Below are positions 62,646-64,000 of a DNA stretch of 64,000 bases, in pieces. Origin of the DNA: Mobula hypostoma (lineage: Eukaryota); the NCBI RefSeq assembly GCF_963921235.1, contig NC_086108.1, positions 112,098,001 to 112,162,000 of the forward strand. The letters are read 5' to 3'. The notes under the pieces are model-generated. The model worked only from the letters and a program-made list of their open reading frames with translations, made no database searches and was not told the DNA's origin. How positions within the stretch are numbered: position 1 is the stretch's first letter; the number at the start of each line of letters is the position of its first letter. The position numbers and the translations under genes were made by a program.

Positions 62646-63904
62646 ATGTTTATGATACACTTTACGTATGGAATGATCAGTCTGGATGGCACACAAACAA
62701 AAGTTTTTCACTGTAGCTCAGTATTTGCAGCAATAATAAACCAATCACGAATTCCCAATATTCTACCTGAACAAACTGTAAGACTCCACCAGAAGGGCCT
62801 CTAACTACATTAACTATTACATGTTTACAGTTAACTCTATCATGGACAATTGCCTCCCCAGCATCCAGGACATCTTCATGAGGTGATGCCTCAAAAAGGC
62901 AACATCTGTCATTAAGGACCTCCATGACTCAGCACATGCCATCTTCTCATTGTTCCCAACACGGAGGAGATAAAACAGCTTGAAGAAACGCACTCAACAT
63001 TTTTGGTATAGCTTCTTCACCCTCCACCATCAGATTTCTGAACGGATAATTAACCCATGTACACTACCCTTTTTTCCCCCTCTTTTTTGTTCTTTTGTTC
63101 TTTACCTACTACCTATTTAATTTAATTTTATTAATTTTATATATATATAGATAGATAGATTTTGGGTGGCGGGGTGGATATACTAAAGGTGTAAGAAGCT
63201 CCTTCACTCCGCTAGCCTACAGGTCACCCTCGGGCAAGGTGTAGCACCTGCTTAGCTCCGTGATCAGGGTCACGTGAAGCCATGGGAGCAAGTGGTGGAT
63301 GGTCGTATGAGCAGCTGATGGACATCACAGTCCTGGTAACACAACCACTGACACCAGGCAGACAATCTCTTGTAAAGACAATGTACAGAAGGCAATGGCA
63401 AACCACTTTTGTAGAAAAATTTGCTAAGTACATTCATGGTCATGGAAAGACCATGATTGCCCAAGTCATATGACATGCCACATACAACCATGCTGATATT
63501 TCTTATTGTAATTTATAATTAAAAAAAAAATTTTAATGTGTTGCATTGTACTGCTGCCACAAAGACAACATATTTCATGACATGTGCCAGTGATATTAAA
63601 CCTGATTCTGATTCTAATACATTCCACATAGACCAGGTTCATTCTTATTAACATTCGCTTGCCTACTCATTGAAATAAGGCTGATTAGAGTTCAAAATGT
63701 CATTGGCAATTTTTACAATTAGTTAACAGTTCCCTGTTATACCGTAGAATGCATGGGGAAACTTTTGTTTATTGGCACGTCAAGGGTATTATGATCCAAA
63801 TTAGATAAGGCACAATATTCAGAAATTAATCCCTTGATGCATTAATTTTTCTTTTGAGGAAGGCAGAAAAGCTTTTTCAAAACATTCACTGTTACGTGTT
63901 TGGG

Positions 63905-64000
63905 TTGGCACAGTGGTTAGTGTAACGCTATTACAGCACCAACAACCCAGGTTCAACTCCAGCTGGTGTCTGTAAGGGGTTTGAATATCTCCTCCCATGA
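63905..64000 (+). mobile_element. 5' part of a tRNA-derived V-SINE, truncated by the window end
   Basis: TGGCACAGTGG A-box and GGTTCAACTCC B-box, with the same head as the other SINE copies. Confidence 0.6.

Overview
This is vertebrate nuclear DNA, probably a cartilaginous fish such as a ray (inferred from the mix of CR1, Rex1-Babar, Penelope and HE1-type V-SINE repeats). Most of the window is nested transposon debris. One host gene runs through it on the minus strand: six GT-AG exons (42247-42399, 38462-38600, 23055-23263, 19098-19269, 18923-19020, 14856-15014) splice in frame into 310 aa of a secreted di-N-acetylchitobiase (CTBS)-like GH18 protein. The last exon was not found. The GH18 catalytic motif reads DGIYLEYL instead of DGINIDIE, so the catalytic Glu aligns to Leu, suggesting a CTBS-derived pseudoenzyme or chi-lectin. 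A CR1 LINE inserted exactly into the exon-4 splice acceptor, duplicated the AG, and supplies a new pyrimidine-rich tract from its own tail. Penelope-derived inserts, several with 14-15 bp TSDs, carry minimal type I hammerhead ribozyme motifs, and one abuts the start codon. The window also holds a complete but decayed Gypsy LTR element with nested insertions, Tc1/mariner MITEs and three minisatellites. Repeat boundaries are approximate unless a TSD is quoted. Comparisons to human CTBS are from recall and need a real alignment.
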